Part shown: positions 1 to 9,557 of the stretch, one piece after another
How the letters are laid out: each line of letters starts with the position of its first letter
Position numbering within the stretch: the first letter of the stretch is position 1
From: an uncultured Pelagibacteraceae bacterium
GTDB lineage: Bacteria > Pseudomonadota > Alphaproteobacteria > Pelagibacterales > Pelagibacteraceae
NCBI GenBank assembly: GCA_902521805.1
Contig: CABYTL010000004.1
Span: forward strand, 7,769 to 71,768
Direction of reading: 5' to 3'
Length of the DNA: 64,000 nucleotides
Translations under genes and position numbers: made by a program
Notes under the pieces: generated by a model
What the model saw: only the letters and a program-made list of their open reading frames with translations
What the model was told of the DNA's origin: nothing
Database searches by the model: none

Positions 1-402
1 ATTTCAAAACTAATTGATGGAAAGTTCCCAAACTACATTCAAGTAATTCCAAAAAATAATCAGAAAAAACTTGAAATAGATTTAAAAATTTTTTTAGGTT
101 CTGTAGACAGAGTAGCATCTGTTTCACTAGATAAAAAAGATGGTGTTAAATTTACATTAAATAAGGACTCTCTTAACCTTTCAGTAAATAATACTAATAG
201 TGGAGACGGAAATGAAAATTTAAATGTGTTATTTGATCACGATTTAGAAATTAGTTTTAATTCAAGGTATTTGATTGACGTTGCTTCTCAATTAGATGGA
301 GAAAAAATAGAGATCTTTTTAAATGACTCGGGATCTCCAGCTTTAATAAAAGATCCTAGCGATTTTGATAGTATATATGTTGTTATGCCTATGAAAGCTT
401 AA
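1..402 (+). CDS. dnaN: DNA polymerase III beta clamp, 3' part (runs off the window start)
   Basis: Frame 1 translates to ISKLIDGKFPNY...ISFNSRYLIDV...YVVMPMKA*, the beta-clamp C-terminus; not in ORF track. Confidence 0.96.
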   Translation: MSKLIDGKFPNYIQVIPKNNQKKLEIDLKIFLGSVDRVASVSLDKKDGVKFTLNKDSLNLSVNNTNSGDGNENLNVLFDHDLEISFNSRYLIDVASQLDGEKIEIFLNDSGSPALIKDPSDFDSIYVVMPMKA

Positions 403-1103
403 CTTATTCTATCTAATTCATTATAAATTCTATTTTCTAAATAATTTACAAACTCATCTTTTCTTTTATCTCCATAGTTTATAGGAGAAAGAATAGAAAT
501 TGTGATTTCCTTATTTGATTTTTTAAAACCTTTTTTTGGCCATACATATCCTGAATTGATAGCAACTGGCTGACAAGAAATTTTTAACTCCTCATATATT
601 CTAGCTGCACCCTTTTTAAAAGGAGGTCTTTCATTAGGTTTTACTCTAGTACCTTGAGGAAAAATTATTAGAGGTCTTTTTGTATTTATAATATTTTTTT
701 TTATATCATTGAAAAAACTTAAGTTATCTCTTGAAATCTTGTTCCTCTCTATTGATATAGAGCCAATTTTTTTTAAATACCATCCAAAAATTGGTATAAA
801 CATTAATTCTTTTTTTAATATAAACACTGGAGAATTAAATATTGTTTGAAGATAAAAAGTTTCAAACATTGATTGGTGAGAGGAAGCGATAAAAAATTCT
901 GTATTATCTATGATATTTTCTTTTCCATATATTCTTATTTTTACTGATAAAATCACTTGAAGACAAAAACCTGTCCAATAACCCATTATTTTTCCTCCAA
1001 TCAAAACAAGCTTCTTAGGTAAAAATAAAGTTGGCAAGAATATTAATGAGATTATTATAATTCCTGAAAAAAAAATTAGTGAAAATAATAGATTTCTTAA
1101 CAT
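399..1103 (-). CDS. plsC: 1-acyl-sn-glycerol-3-phosphate acyltransferase
   Basis: SHQSMFE (HQS) motif, FILKKEL, FPQGTR; N-terminal membrane anchor. Confidence 0.88.
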   Translation of the reverse strand: MLRNLLFSLIFFSGIIIISLIFLPTLFLPKKLVLIGGKIMGYWTGFCLQVILSVKIRIYGKENIIDNTEFFIASSHQSMFETFYLQTIFNSPVFILKKELMFIPIFGWYLKKIGSISIERNKISRDNLSFFNDIKKNIINTKRPLIIFPQGTRVKPNERPPFKKGAARIYEELKISCQPVAINSGYVWPKKGFKKSNKEITISILSPINYGDKRKDEFVNYLENRIYNELDRIS

Positions 1104-1114
1104 TATTTTAAATG

Positions 1115-2332
1115 TTACATCAATTCGGATATTTTTTGTCTTTTATTTATGATCTGAATTTTTGATCCCTTTATTAATATCTCAATTGGTTTAGGTCTAA
1201 CATTATAGTTTGAGGCTAATGAAGTACCATATGCTCCAACATCACAAATAACTAAAAAATCTTTCTCATTCAATTTTTGATATTTTTTTATAACTGTAAA
1301 TGTATCAGTGCTCTCACATATTGGGCCAACAAATTCATAAGCTTTTTTCGCTAACTTTTTAGTTTTTTTTGATGGTAAAAACCTGTGGTGTGCTCCATAT
1401 AATGCTGGTCTAATTAAATCATTCATTGCAGCGTCTAAAATAACAAAATCTTTATTATAACCTTCTTTAATGTATATAATCTTAGTTATCAAAATTGCTG
1501 AGTTACCCACGATATATCTTCCTGGTTCAAAAATGATTTTACAACTTTTCTTTTTTAAAAATTTTTGAATGTTTTTTGAGTATTTTTGTAAATCTAATTT
1601 TGAATTATTGTGATTATAATCTATGCCCATTCCTCCACCTAAATCAATATATTCAAATTTATAATTTGATTTTTTAATTATCCTATCTACAACTTTAAGC
1701 ATATTTTCATAAGGCTTATATTCAAGTATCTGACTGCCAATATGAACACTTAAGCATTTTAAATTAAGATATTTTGATTTTTTTAAATATTCGACTAATT
1801 GTAAAAATATTTTTTGATCAACACCAAATTTATTTTCTTTTTTACCAGTAGATATTTGACTTAAGGTTTTTGCATCAGTATTTGGATTTAGCCTTATTCC
1901 AATATTTACAGATTTTTTTTTACTTCTAGCTATTTTTTCTATTTCTAAAATTTCACTTTTAGATTCTGCATTAATTAGTAATATTTTTTTATTTATAGCA
2001 AATTTGATTTCCTCAGAAGTTTTTCCAACACCTGAAAAAACTATATTTTGAGGCTTAATTCCTGCTTTAAGAGCTTTCATTAGTTCACCTTTAGAGACTA
2101 CATCAGCTCCTAAATTGTTATTTTTTATTTCTTTTAAAATTCTTAAATTAGTATTTGCTTTAACAGCATAACAAATCAAAGGATTTATTTTTTTAAAATA
2201 AGTTTTTAAATTTCTAATATTATTATTAATTTTTTTTAATGAGTAACAATAAATTGGAGTTTTATATTTTCTTCCTAAATACCCTACATCAAAGCCATCA
2301 ATTCTAAGATTATTTTTTTTATAAATCATCAA
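1115..2332 (-). CDS. lysA: Diaminopimelate decarboxylase
   Basis: YAVKAN PLP lysine, HIGSQI, DLGGG, EPGR, GPICESTD. Confidence 0.97.
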   Translation of the reverse strand: MMIYKKNNLRIDGFDVGYLGRKYKTPIYCYSLKKINNNIRNLKTYFKKINPLICYAVKANTNLRILKEIKNNNLGADVVSKGELMKALKAGIKPQNIVFSGVGKTSEEIKFAINKKILLINAESKSEILEIEKIARSKKKSVNIGIRLNPNTDAKTLSQISTGKKENKFGVDQKIFLQLVEYLKKSKYLNLKCLSVHIGSQILEYKPYENMLKVVDRIIKKSNYKFEYIDLGGGMGIDYNHNNSKLDLQKYSKNIQKFLKKKSCKIIFEPGRYIVGNSAILITKIIYIKEGYNKDFVILDAAMNDLIRPALYGAHHRFLPSKKTKKLAKKAYEFVGPICESTDTFTVIKKYQKLNEKDFLVICDVGAYGTSLASNYNVRPKPIEILIKGSKIQIINKRQKISELM

Positions 2333-2457
2333 AGTGAATATTTTAAATAATTGATTTCATTAGCTTGACTTAATTCTTGATAAATAGGATCACCTTTTTT
2401 ACCACATGAAGTAGCCAGCATGGTAATAAATAGAAATATAAATATTTTTTTTAACAT
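2329..2457 (-). CDS. Small lipoprotein, LptM/YifL/LppL-like (42 aa)
   Basis: Hand translation MLKKIFIFLFITMLATSCGKKGDPIYQELSQANEINYLKYSL: signal peptide, lipobox Cys and CGxKGxL/P-type motif; sits between argH and lysA as is typical. Confidence 0.85.
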   Translation of the reverse strand: MLKKIFIFLFITMLATSCGKKGDPIYQELSQANEINYLKYSL

Positions 2458-3845
2458 TTTTCTTTTTTATGTTTCATTATCATTCTTTTAATGTTTTCAA
2501 AAGATGTTCCTCCATAAGATTTCTTTGACTTAATTGAATATTTTAAATCAAAAACTTTTAGTACTTCTTCAGTTAATTTTGGCTCGATTTTTTTTAGTTC
2601 TTCAATTTTAAGTTCTCTTAATTTTTTCTTTTTTTTTTCAGCATAATTTACAATGAGAGATGTTTTTTCATATGCTTTTCTAAAAGACATGGAATGATTT
2701 TTAACTAAATAGTCTGCTAAATCAGTAGCAGTGATAAAACCTGAATCTGCTAGTTCAAACATCTTTTTTTTATTAGGTGAAATATTCTTTAAAATTTCAT
2801 CAAATATCTTTAAGCAATTAATTATTGTGTCAAAAGATTGAAAAACTATTTCCTTATCATCTTGCATATCTTTAAAATAAGATAATGGCAGGCTCTTTAA
2901 AATTGTAAGCATTGAAAATAAATTTCCAAAGGTTGACCCAGTTTTTCCTCTTAAATATTCTAATAAGTCAGGATTCTTTTTTTGAGGCATTATAGAAGAA
3001 CCTGTCACAATTTTATCTGAAAGGTGAACTATATTAAATCCATCTGAGCTCCAGATTATAAGTTCCTCAGCGACTCTAGAAATATGCATTGAGCAAACGG
3101 AAATACAAAAAAGAAAATCTAAGACAAAATCTCGATCAGAGACAGTGTCAATTGAATTATGTGACGGATGATCAAAACCAAGTTTTTTTGCTGTATAATT
3201 TCTATCAATGTTAAAAGATGTACCAGTTAGTGCAGCAACACCTAAAGGGCTCTCGTTTAAACTATTAAAATTATTGATAAATCTTTGTTTATCTCTTTTG
3301 AACATTTCAATATGTGCCAGAAAGTAATGAGCCAATGAAACTGGTTGGGCATTTTTAAGATGAGTAAAACCAGGCATTACTGTCTCAATATTTTTCTCGG
3401 CAATTTTTAGAATAGTTTTTATTATTTGATCTAACTTTGAATTAATTTCTTTAGTTGATGATTTCATCCAAATTTTTAAATCAGTAATCACTTGATCATT
3501 TCTAGATCTGGCAGTATGAATATATCCTGCTTCTTCACCAATAATTTCAAATAGTTTTTTTTCAATATTCATGTGAATATCTTCATATTCTTCATTAAAA
3601 ATAAATTTATTTTTTAATATTTGTTTTTCTATTTTTTTTAATCCAAAAATAATTTTATTCTTAATTTTGAAGGATATAATTTTTTGTCTAAATAGCATTT
3701 CGACATGCACGATAGACCCCGCTATATCTTCTTTATATAATCTTTTGTCAATATTTATAGAACCACCAACTTTTTGAAAAAAACTCGATTGTTTTTTTTT
3801 AATTCTTGTGCTCCATATTGCCTGGTTGTTTTTATTTTTTGCCAT
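2451..3845 (-). CDS. argH: Argininosuccinate lyase
   Basis: HTARSRNDQ, MPGFTHL, GSSIMPQKKNPD. Confidence 0.98.
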   Translation of the reverse strand: MAKNKNNQAIWSTRIKKKQSSFFQKVGGSINIDKRLYKEDIAGSIVHVEMLFRQKIISFKIKNKIIFGLKKIEKQILKNKFIFNEEYEDIHMNIEKKLFEIIGEEAGYIHTARSRNDQVITDLKIWMKSSTKEINSKLDQIIKTILKIAEKNIETVMPGFTHLKNAQPVSLAHYFLAHIEMFKRDKQRFINNFNSLNESPLGVAALTGTSFNIDRNYTAKKLGFDHPSHNSIDTVSDRDFVLDFLFCISVCSMHISRVAEELIIWSSDGFNIVHLSDKIVTGSSIMPQKKNPDLLEYLRGKTGSTFGNLFSMLTILKSLPLSYFKDMQDDKEIVFQSFDTIINCLKIFDEILKNISPNKKKMFELADSGFITATDLADYLVKNHSMSFRKAYEKTSLIVNYAEKKKKKLRELKIEELKKIEPKLTEEVLKVFDLKYSIKSKKSYGGTSFENIKRMIMKHKKEKC

Positions 3846-3869
3846 GATAATTACTTATACATATTTAAT

Positions 3870-4379
3870 ATGAGATTTTTAATAATATTTATATTGCTTA
3901 TTTCTAATGTCTTTGCAAATGAAGTGCCAAAAATTAAAAATTTAGTAGTTAATAAAGAATTAAAAACATATGATAATGTCACTTTTCGGGACTCCAAGGA
4001 TAAAATAATTAAATTAAGCGATTTTCAGGGAAATTTAGTCGTACTTAATTTTTGGGCTACCTGGTGTGCACCATGTAAAGAAGAAATGCCGTCTCTAGAC
4101 TCTTTAAAAAATAACCTGCCTTTTAAAAATATTAAAATTTTTCCAATAAATATTGGTCGAGACGATATAAAAAAATCAAATGAATTTTTTAATGATTTAA
4201 ATATCAAAAATTTAAAAATTTATTATGATAATCCTAAAACTTTATCCAAAGACTTTGGTTTAAGAGGAGTACCTACAACTATTCTATTTAATAAAGAAGG
4301 CAAAGAATTTGCCAGAGTTATAGGTTCAATTGATTTTACTGATAACGAGTTTTTGAATTGGATCAAGAATTATAATTAG
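3870..4379 (+). CDS. tlpA: TlpA-family thiol:disulfide oxidoreductase
   Basis: NFWATWCAPC; start moved to the ATG at 3870 (MRFLIIFILL signal/anchor) to avoid overlap with argH. Confidence 0.88.
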   Translation: MRFLIIFILLISNVFANEVPKIKNLVVNKELKTYDNVTFRDSKDKIIKLSDFQGNLVVLNFWATWCAPCKEEMPSLDSLKNNLPFKNIKIFPINIGRDDIKKSNEFFNDLNIKNLKIYYDNPKTLSKDFGLRGVPTTILFNKEGKEFARVIGSIDFTDNEFLNWIKNYN

Positions 4380-4579
4380 TTTTTAAAAAAATAAGCAAAA
4401 ACTATCAAGATTATTATAGCAAAAAATTGTAGTAGAACTCTTAGTTGCATCAGTTTATTTGAATACTTTTTACTTGCTTCACCTCCCTTGAATAAAGTTC
4501 CAATACCCAAAATTAAAACTATTCCTACAGCTATTAAAAGCACTATAGATAAGACTTTAACAATTATTCCTGAAAGCAT
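4376..4579 (-). CDS. Twin-transmembrane small protein (HIG1-like)
   Basis: Two hydrophobic helices around SNKLMQLRVLLQ. Confidence 0.85.
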   Translation of the reverse strand: MLSGIIVKVLSIVLLIAVGIVLILGIGTLFKGGEASKKYSNKLMQLRVLLQFFAIIILIVFAYFFKN

Positions 4580-4628
4580 ATTTATATTGTAGAGTGTTTT
4601 TTAAAATAAAAAACAAATTAAATTTATT

Positions 4629-5279
4629 ATGACATTTTGTCTTGATAGCACCATTATAAAACCTGAAAAAAATAATGATATAAAACACATTGTTTTATTG
4701 CTCCATGGATATGGAGGAGATGGCAAGGATATTAGTATACTCTCACTTAACTGGAGGAAATATATGCCGACCACAATCTTTATTTGTCCTAATGGTCATG
4801 AGCCTTGTGCTATTAATCCTAGTGGCTTCCAGTGGTTTGATCTTACAAAAGATGATCCAAATTATATTTTACAAGAAAGCTTAAAAGCAGAAAAAAAACT
4901 GAATAAGTTTTTAGATGAGATAAAAAATGAATATGATCTCGATAATAGTAGAATTACTTTGTCAGGCTTTAGCCAAGGCTGTATGATGGCACTAAATATT
5001 GGGTTAATTTCTGAAAGACCATTTTGTAGCATTGTGGGGTTCTCAGGAAAGATTATAAATATTGAAGATTTAAAAAAAAGAAAAAGAAACTCTACAAACA
5101 CATTATTATTACATGGTGATCAAGACGACATTGTTTCACCTACACATTTATTAGAGGCTAAAGATTTTTTATTGAGAGAAGACGTAAGTATTGAAACTCA
5201 TTTAATTAAAAATTGTGGACATAATATTCCAATTGAAACTTCAAGTATAGCTTTAAATTATATTTTAAAAAAAATTTAA
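4629..5279 (+). CDS. Phospholipase/carboxylesterase (alpha/beta hydrolase)
   Basis: LLHGYG, GFSQG nucleophile elbow, HGDQD, CGH. Confidence 0.9.
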   Translation: MTFCLDSTIIKPEKNNDIKHIVLLLHGYGGDGKDISILSLNWRKYMPTTIFICPNGHEPCAINPSGFQWFDLTKDDPNYILQESLKAEKKLNKFLDEIKNEYDLDNSRITLSGFSQGCMMALNIGLISERPFCSIVGFSGKIINIEDLKKRKRNSTNTLLLHGDQDDIVSPTHLLEAKDFLLREDVSIETHLIKNCGHNIPIETSSIALNYILKKI

Positions 5280-5324
5280 TATCCTGATGATATTGATATC
5301 AATATTCAATTGATATAAGATTTA

Positions 5325-5897
5325 TTGATGAATGAATTTATTGTACAAGATGTTTCTTTGGAAAAATGTCCTGCACTTGTTCTAAATGCAGACTATAGAC
5401 CTCTAAGTTATTATCCTCTCTCTCTTTGGTCATGGCAAGATACTGTTAAGTCAGTTTTCCTAGATAGAGTAACAATAGTTAGTAATTATGACAGACAAAT
5501 TAGAAGTCCGTCATTTGAAATGAAACTCCCAAGTGTAATAGCATTAAAAAGTTATATTGTACCTCAATCTAAACCGAGTTTTACAAGATTTAATGTTTTT
5601 TTAAGAGATCGGTTTTTGTGTCAATATTGCGGAAGTGGAGAAGAATTAACTTTTGATCATTTATTGCCTAGGTCAAAAGGAGGAGAAACAAACTGGGACA
5701 ATGTCGTTACAGCTTGCTCTTCATGTAATGTTAAAAAAGGTGGTAAGTTACTTAAATTTTCAGACATGAGGTTAAGTCAATATCCCTATCAACCATCAAC
5801 GGAAGATCTTCATAAAAATGGCAAACATTTCCCCCCAAATTATTTGCATAAAAGCTGGATGGATTATTTGTACTGGGATGTTGAGCTGGAATCTTAA
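5325..5897 (+). CDS. HNH endonuclease family protein (conserved alphaproteobacterial type)
   Basis: PALVLNADYRPL, CQYCG, TFDHLLPRSKGG, NVVTACSSCN. Confidence 0.92.
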   Translation: MMNEFIVQDVSLEKCPALVLNADYRPLSYYPLSLWSWQDTVKSVFLDRVTIVSNYDRQIRSPSFEMKLPSVIALKSYIVPQSKPSFTRFNVFLRDRFLCQYCGSGEELTFDHLLPRSKGGETNWDNVVTACSSCNVKKGGKLLKFSDMRLSQYPYQPSTEDLHKNGKHFPPNYLHKSWMDYLYWDVELES

Positions 5898-5903
5898 GGA
5901 CAA

Positions 5904-6431
5904 TCAAATTTTTTCAGAGATATTAATTGCTATTTTAGATCCAGTTTTGATAATTTTATCCATTAAAGAATAATAACCTTTTTTTGTAGCTCCTTTTTCG
6001 TAAGCTATATCTTTATGATGGAGTTCATCTTCTCTAAATTTAATTATATTTTTTTTGAGTTCTTTTTCTTGAGATCCTAATTGATTTATTTGATTTTGAT
6101 AATGTTCATCTATTACTTCTTCAACTGAAGCTGTGCATAACATTGCAGCCTTTTTTCCTAATAATGTTGACCCAAAACCTAGACCAACCCCTAATAAATC
6201 CCACAAAGGAAGAAATTTAGTAGGTTTAATATTTCTTTTTTTAATTTCTTTCGCAAAAAATTCACAATGTTCTTTTTCATGAACTTTCATTTCTTCTATT
6301 GTTTTTTTTAAACTTTCATCTTTTACAAAAGTATTTAAAGCTAGGAGTTGCCCCTCATAAATCTTTACTGCACCTCTTTCACCTGCGTGATCAACTCTTA
6401 TAAATTCCTCAATTTTATTTTTTGTAATCAT
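5904..6431 (-). CDS. coq7: Demethoxyubiquinone hydroxylase (Coq7 family)
   Basis: IRVDHAGERGAVKIYEGQ and di-iron ExxH motifs. Confidence 0.93.
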   Translation of the reverse strand: MITKNKIEEFIRVDHAGERGAVKIYEGQLLALNTFVKDESLKKTIEEMKVHEKEHCEFFAKEIKKRNIKPTKFLPLWDLLGVGLGFGSTLLGKKAAMLCTASVEEVIDEHYQNQINQLGSQEKELKKNIIKFREDELHHKDIAYEKGATKKGYYSLMDKIIKTGSKIAINISEKI

Positions 6432-6900
6432 TATTTATAAAATAAATTTTTACTGTTATTAAAAACATTATTATACTTATAATTATATTATAAGTAGTAA
6501 GTGATAAACCAAAAATTTTAAATGCTACATCTTTGCAGCTTACTCTTAGATCTTGAAATGATGTTATAATGTCTTCTTTCGTTATCAAATCTACATTTTT
6601 TGATTTACATATAGTAGATTCTTCTATCAGTCCTAATTCAATACTTAAATGATATACAGAAATTATAATCGAAAATGAAAAAACTAATAATAACAAAATT
6701 ATATAAAAATTCTGATTTTTTTGAAATTTATAATTTATTATCAAAATGATTATTACAAGTGCATAGGGAATTCTCTCTATAAGACATAAATTGCATGGTT
6801 GATAACCAAATACGTATTGAATAATGTACGCCGAAATTAAAATAATTATACTTAAAATTAATAAAATTAATAAATATGTTTTGTTATTTAAATTAATCAT
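6415..6900 (-). CDS. dsbB: Disulfide bond formation protein B family
   Basis: PCNLCLIER CxxC, four hydrophobic segments, second Cys pair. Confidence 0.88.
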   Translation of the reverse strand: MINLNNKTYLLILLILSIIILISAYIIQYVFGYQPCNLCLIERIPYALVIIILIINYKFQKNQNFYIILLLLVFSFSIIISVYHLSIELGLIEESTICKSKNVDLITKEDIITSFQDLRVSCKDVAFKIFGLSLTTYNIIISIIMFLITVKIYFINNDYKK

Positions 6901-7498
6901 AAAATTTAATTAGTAGATAAAAAAAAAATGCAATGATTAGTATTAGAATACCAATGATTGTAAACCATTTTTGTCCATGCTTATTCATAAAGTTTGTAAA
7001 GTCGTCACCAAATTTATAAGATAAATAAGAAACTATAAAAAATCTGAGACCTCTAGAAATAAAGCTAATTAAAATAAAAATAATAAAATTAAATCCTATT
7101 AATCCACTTGTGATCGTAAATACTTTATAAGGCAATGGGGTAAATCCAGCTAAAAATAAAATACCTAACCAAGCATAAAAACCACTTCCCATAATTAAAG
7201 TATTTTTTAATTCAAGAATTTTTTTTTCATAGCCGTAAAATTCAACTATAATCATGGTAAAATCCAAAAAAAATGCACCAAGAATATATCCAAACATTCC
7301 TCCTAAAACAGAAAAAAAAGTAGCAATTAAAAAAATTTTTAAAAATTCATTTTTTTTTGCTATTACCATAGGGGCTATCATGACATCAGGAGGAATTGGA
7401 AAAAAAGAGCTTTCTAAGAAAGAGACCAATCCAAGAAAATAGTTTGAATATTTGTTAGCTGCTAACTTTAAGCATTTATTATAAAGTTGAGTAAACAT
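6893..7498 (-). CDS. YqaA/DedA-family membrane protein
   Basis: ESSFFPIPPD and GFTPLPYKVFTI motifs; start set at ATG 7498 because the longer ORF runs antisense through tRNA-Leu. Confidence 0.9.
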   Translation of the reverse strand: MFTQLYNKCLKLAANKYSNYFLGLVSFLESSFFPIPPDVMIAPMVIAKKNEFLKIFLIATFFSVLGGMFGYILGAFFLDFTMIIVEFYGYEKKILELKNTLIMGSGFYAWLGILFLAGFTPLPYKVFTITSGLIGFNFIIFILISFISRGLRFFIVSYLSYKFGDDFTNFMNKHGQKWFTIIGILILIIAFFFYLLIKFYD

Positions 7499-7560
7499 TT
7501 TTTTTGGTTTTAATATAATTTTTCTTCTTATACTATTTAAATAATATGTTTTTAAACCAA

Positions 7561-7645
7561 GGGCGAATGGCGGAACTGGTAGACGCGCACGACTCAAAAT
7601 CGTGTTTCGCAAGAAGTGAGAGTTCGATTCTCTCTTCGCCCACCA
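7561..7645 (+). tRNA. tRNA-Leu(CAA)
   Basis: Cloverleaf GGGCGAA/TTCGCCC, anticodon loop CTCAAAA, long variable arm, GTTCGAT, encoded CCA. Confidence 0.97.
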
Positions 7646-7652
7646 ATTTTTT

Positions 7653-9356
7653 ATGGAATTAAACAGTCATAACAATTTATTAGAATTATTTTTTTCACAA
7701 TATCAATCTCAAGATAAAAATGAGATGTTTTTACAATCATTAAAAGATAAAAATTTAAGATTTAGTTGGAAAGATACTTACGATAGTATTCAAAAATTAT
7801 CTAATTACATTGAAAAAAATATTTCTAGTAAAGATCGTTGTTTATTAATTTCTGAAAATAGGCCTGAGTGGTTAATAAGTGATTTAGCTATAATGCTTTC
7901 AGGAGGAATAACAGTTCCAGCATACACAACTTATACAGAAAGAGACTACGAATATATAATAAATGATTGTAAACCTACTGTAGTTATTGTTTCTGATATT
8001 TTTCAATTAAAAAAAATAAAAAATATAATATCCAATAAAGATTTTATTAAATTAGTTATATCTTTTGAAAATATTCCAGAAGATAAACTCGAAATAATAT
8101 GTATTGAAAAAATTTTTAAAGAAAATAATTATACAGAAAAAAAAATAGATGAAATTATGTTAAGTAGAAAAGATACTTCATGCATAATTTACACTTCTGG
8201 AACTCAAGGAAATCCAAAAGGTGTAATGTTGAGCCATGGAGGTATACTTAACAACTGTGAAGGGTCGACCGAATTACTTAAAGAAATAATTAAATTTAAA
8301 CCCAAGTTTCTTACCTGGTTACCATTGTCTCACTCATATGAGCATACTGTGCAATTTGTCCAAATAGCGGTAGGAGCAAAAGTATTTTATGCAGAAAGCA
8401 TAGATAAGTTAGTCAAAAATATGAATGATTGTAATCCTGATATAATGACTGCAGTCCCAAGGTTTTATCAAAATTTATATCAAAAAATATCATCTACATT
8501 CAATAAAGCCACAGGTGTAAAAAAATTTCTTATTAAATCAACTTTAAATTTCGGACAAAAAAAATTTTTAAATCAACAGCTCTCTTTCTATGAAAAATTT
8601 GTCAATTTTATATGTGAAAAATTAGTAAGAAAAAAAATAAAAAATCAATTTGGAGGATCTTTAAAGGCATTTGTTTCCGGCGGTGGAGCTTTAGATTACA
8701 AAATTGGAGTATTCTTAAATTCAATAGGACTACCTACTCTTCAAGGCTATGGTTTGACGGAGACTTCACCTGTAGTTAGCTGTAATCCAATTAACAGAAT
8801 TAGAATTGAAACAGTAGGTCTTCCATTTAAAGGTAATCAAGTTAAGATTTCCGATGATGGTGAAATTCTTGTTAAAGGTGAAAACGTTATGTTAGGTTAT
8901 TGGAATAAGCCCAATGAAACGAACAAAGTAATTATAGATGGATGGTTACATACAGGTGATATAGGTCATTTTGATAAAGGTTACTTAAAAATTACTGATA
9001 GAAAGAAAGATATTTTAATTACACCAGGTGGAGATAATATTTCGCCAGTTAAAATTGAAAATGATTTAACTAAAATAGAATTTGTTGAGCAGGCTTTAGT
9101 TTATGGCGACAATAAACCATTTTTAGTAGCCTTATTATCTAGAAAAGATAATGAAAAAGATATTAGTAATGAATTTATTAATCAAGAAATAGAAAAAATA
9201 AATAAAAATTTAAGTAAGATAGAAAAAATTAAAAAATTTATTATAATAAATAAACAATTTACAATTGAAAATGGTTTATTAACACCAACTTTAAAACTTA
9301 AGAGATATAAAATAATTCAAGAGTATAAAAAAGAATTAGAAAAACTTTACAATTAA
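7653..9356 (+). CDS. Long-chain fatty acid-CoA ligase (AMP-binding family)
   Basis: YTSGTQGNPKG, GYGLTETSP, LHTGDIG, TPTLKLKR. Confidence 0.93.
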   Translation: MELNSHNNLLELFFSQYQSQDKNEMFLQSLKDKNLRFSWKDTYDSIQKLSNYIEKNISSKDRCLLISENRPEWLISDLAIMLSGGITVPAYTTYTERDYEYIINDCKPTVVIVSDIFQLKKIKNIISNKDFIKLVISFENIPEDKLEIICIEKIFKENNYTEKKIDEIMLSRKDTSCIIYTSGTQGNPKGVMLSHGGILNNCEGSTELLKEIIKFKPKFLTWLPLSHSYEHTVQFVQIAVGAKVFYAESIDKLVKNMNDCNPDIMTAVPRFYQNLYQKISSTFNKATGVKKFLIKSTLNFGQKKFLNQQLSFYEKFVNFICEKLVRKKIKNQFGGSLKAFVSGGGALDYKIGVFLNSIGLPTLQGYGLTETSPVVSCNPINRIRIETVGLPFKGNQVKISDDGEILVKGENVMLGYWNKPNETNKVIIDGWLHTGDIGHFDKGYLKITDRKKDILITPGGDNISPVKIENDLTKIEFVEQALVYGDNKPFLVALLSRKDNEKDISNEFINQEIEKINKNLSKIEKIKKFIIINKQFTIENGLLTPTLKLKRYKIIQEYKKELEKLYN

Positions 9357-9395
9357 TAATACAAAAAACTTGTTATTTAACGCATAAACACTAAC

Positions 9396-9505
9396 TTTTT
9401 TTTAATTTTTTTTAAATTTTTTTTTTAATTTTAAAAATTAAATTTTTTTTATTAAATTTTTTTTTAAATTAAAGAATTGACATAACTTGTTTAAAAAAAT
9501 AAAAA
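9396..9505 (+). promoter_or_regulatory. Sigma70-type promoter with long AT-rich upstream element
   Basis: 78 nt with no G or C (9396-9473), TTGACA at 9477-9482, 17-nt spacer, TAAAAA at 9500-9505. Confidence 0.7.
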
Positions 9506-9514
9506 TAACCTAAC

Positions 9515-9535
9515 AACGAATCAATTTGATTCGTT
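9515..9535. repeat. Perfect inverted repeat (5' mRNA hairpin or operator)
   Basis: AACGAATCAA-T-TTGATTCGTT: 10-bp arms with a 1-nt centre. Confidence 0.8.
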
Positions 9536-9557
9536 TAACTTAAAAAGGGAGCTAAAG

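Noticed and set aside
3774-3869. Upstream extension of tlpA
   Set aside because: Overlaps the argH start on the opposite strand; signal peptide begins at ATG 3870
5325-5897. HNH nuclease as a homing endonuclease or defence system
   Set aside because: Looks like the conserved housekeeping-context alphaproteobacterial HNH; no intron, methyltransferase or defence partners adjacent
7499-7612. N-terminal extension of the YqaA ORF in the track
   Set aside because: It is the antisense reading of tRNA-Leu and its promoter region; family similarity starts at the ATG at 7498
9357-9557. Replication origin at the AT-rich tract
   Set aside because: No recognisable DnaA boxes (TTATCCACA-like); the tract is better explained as a promoter upstream element
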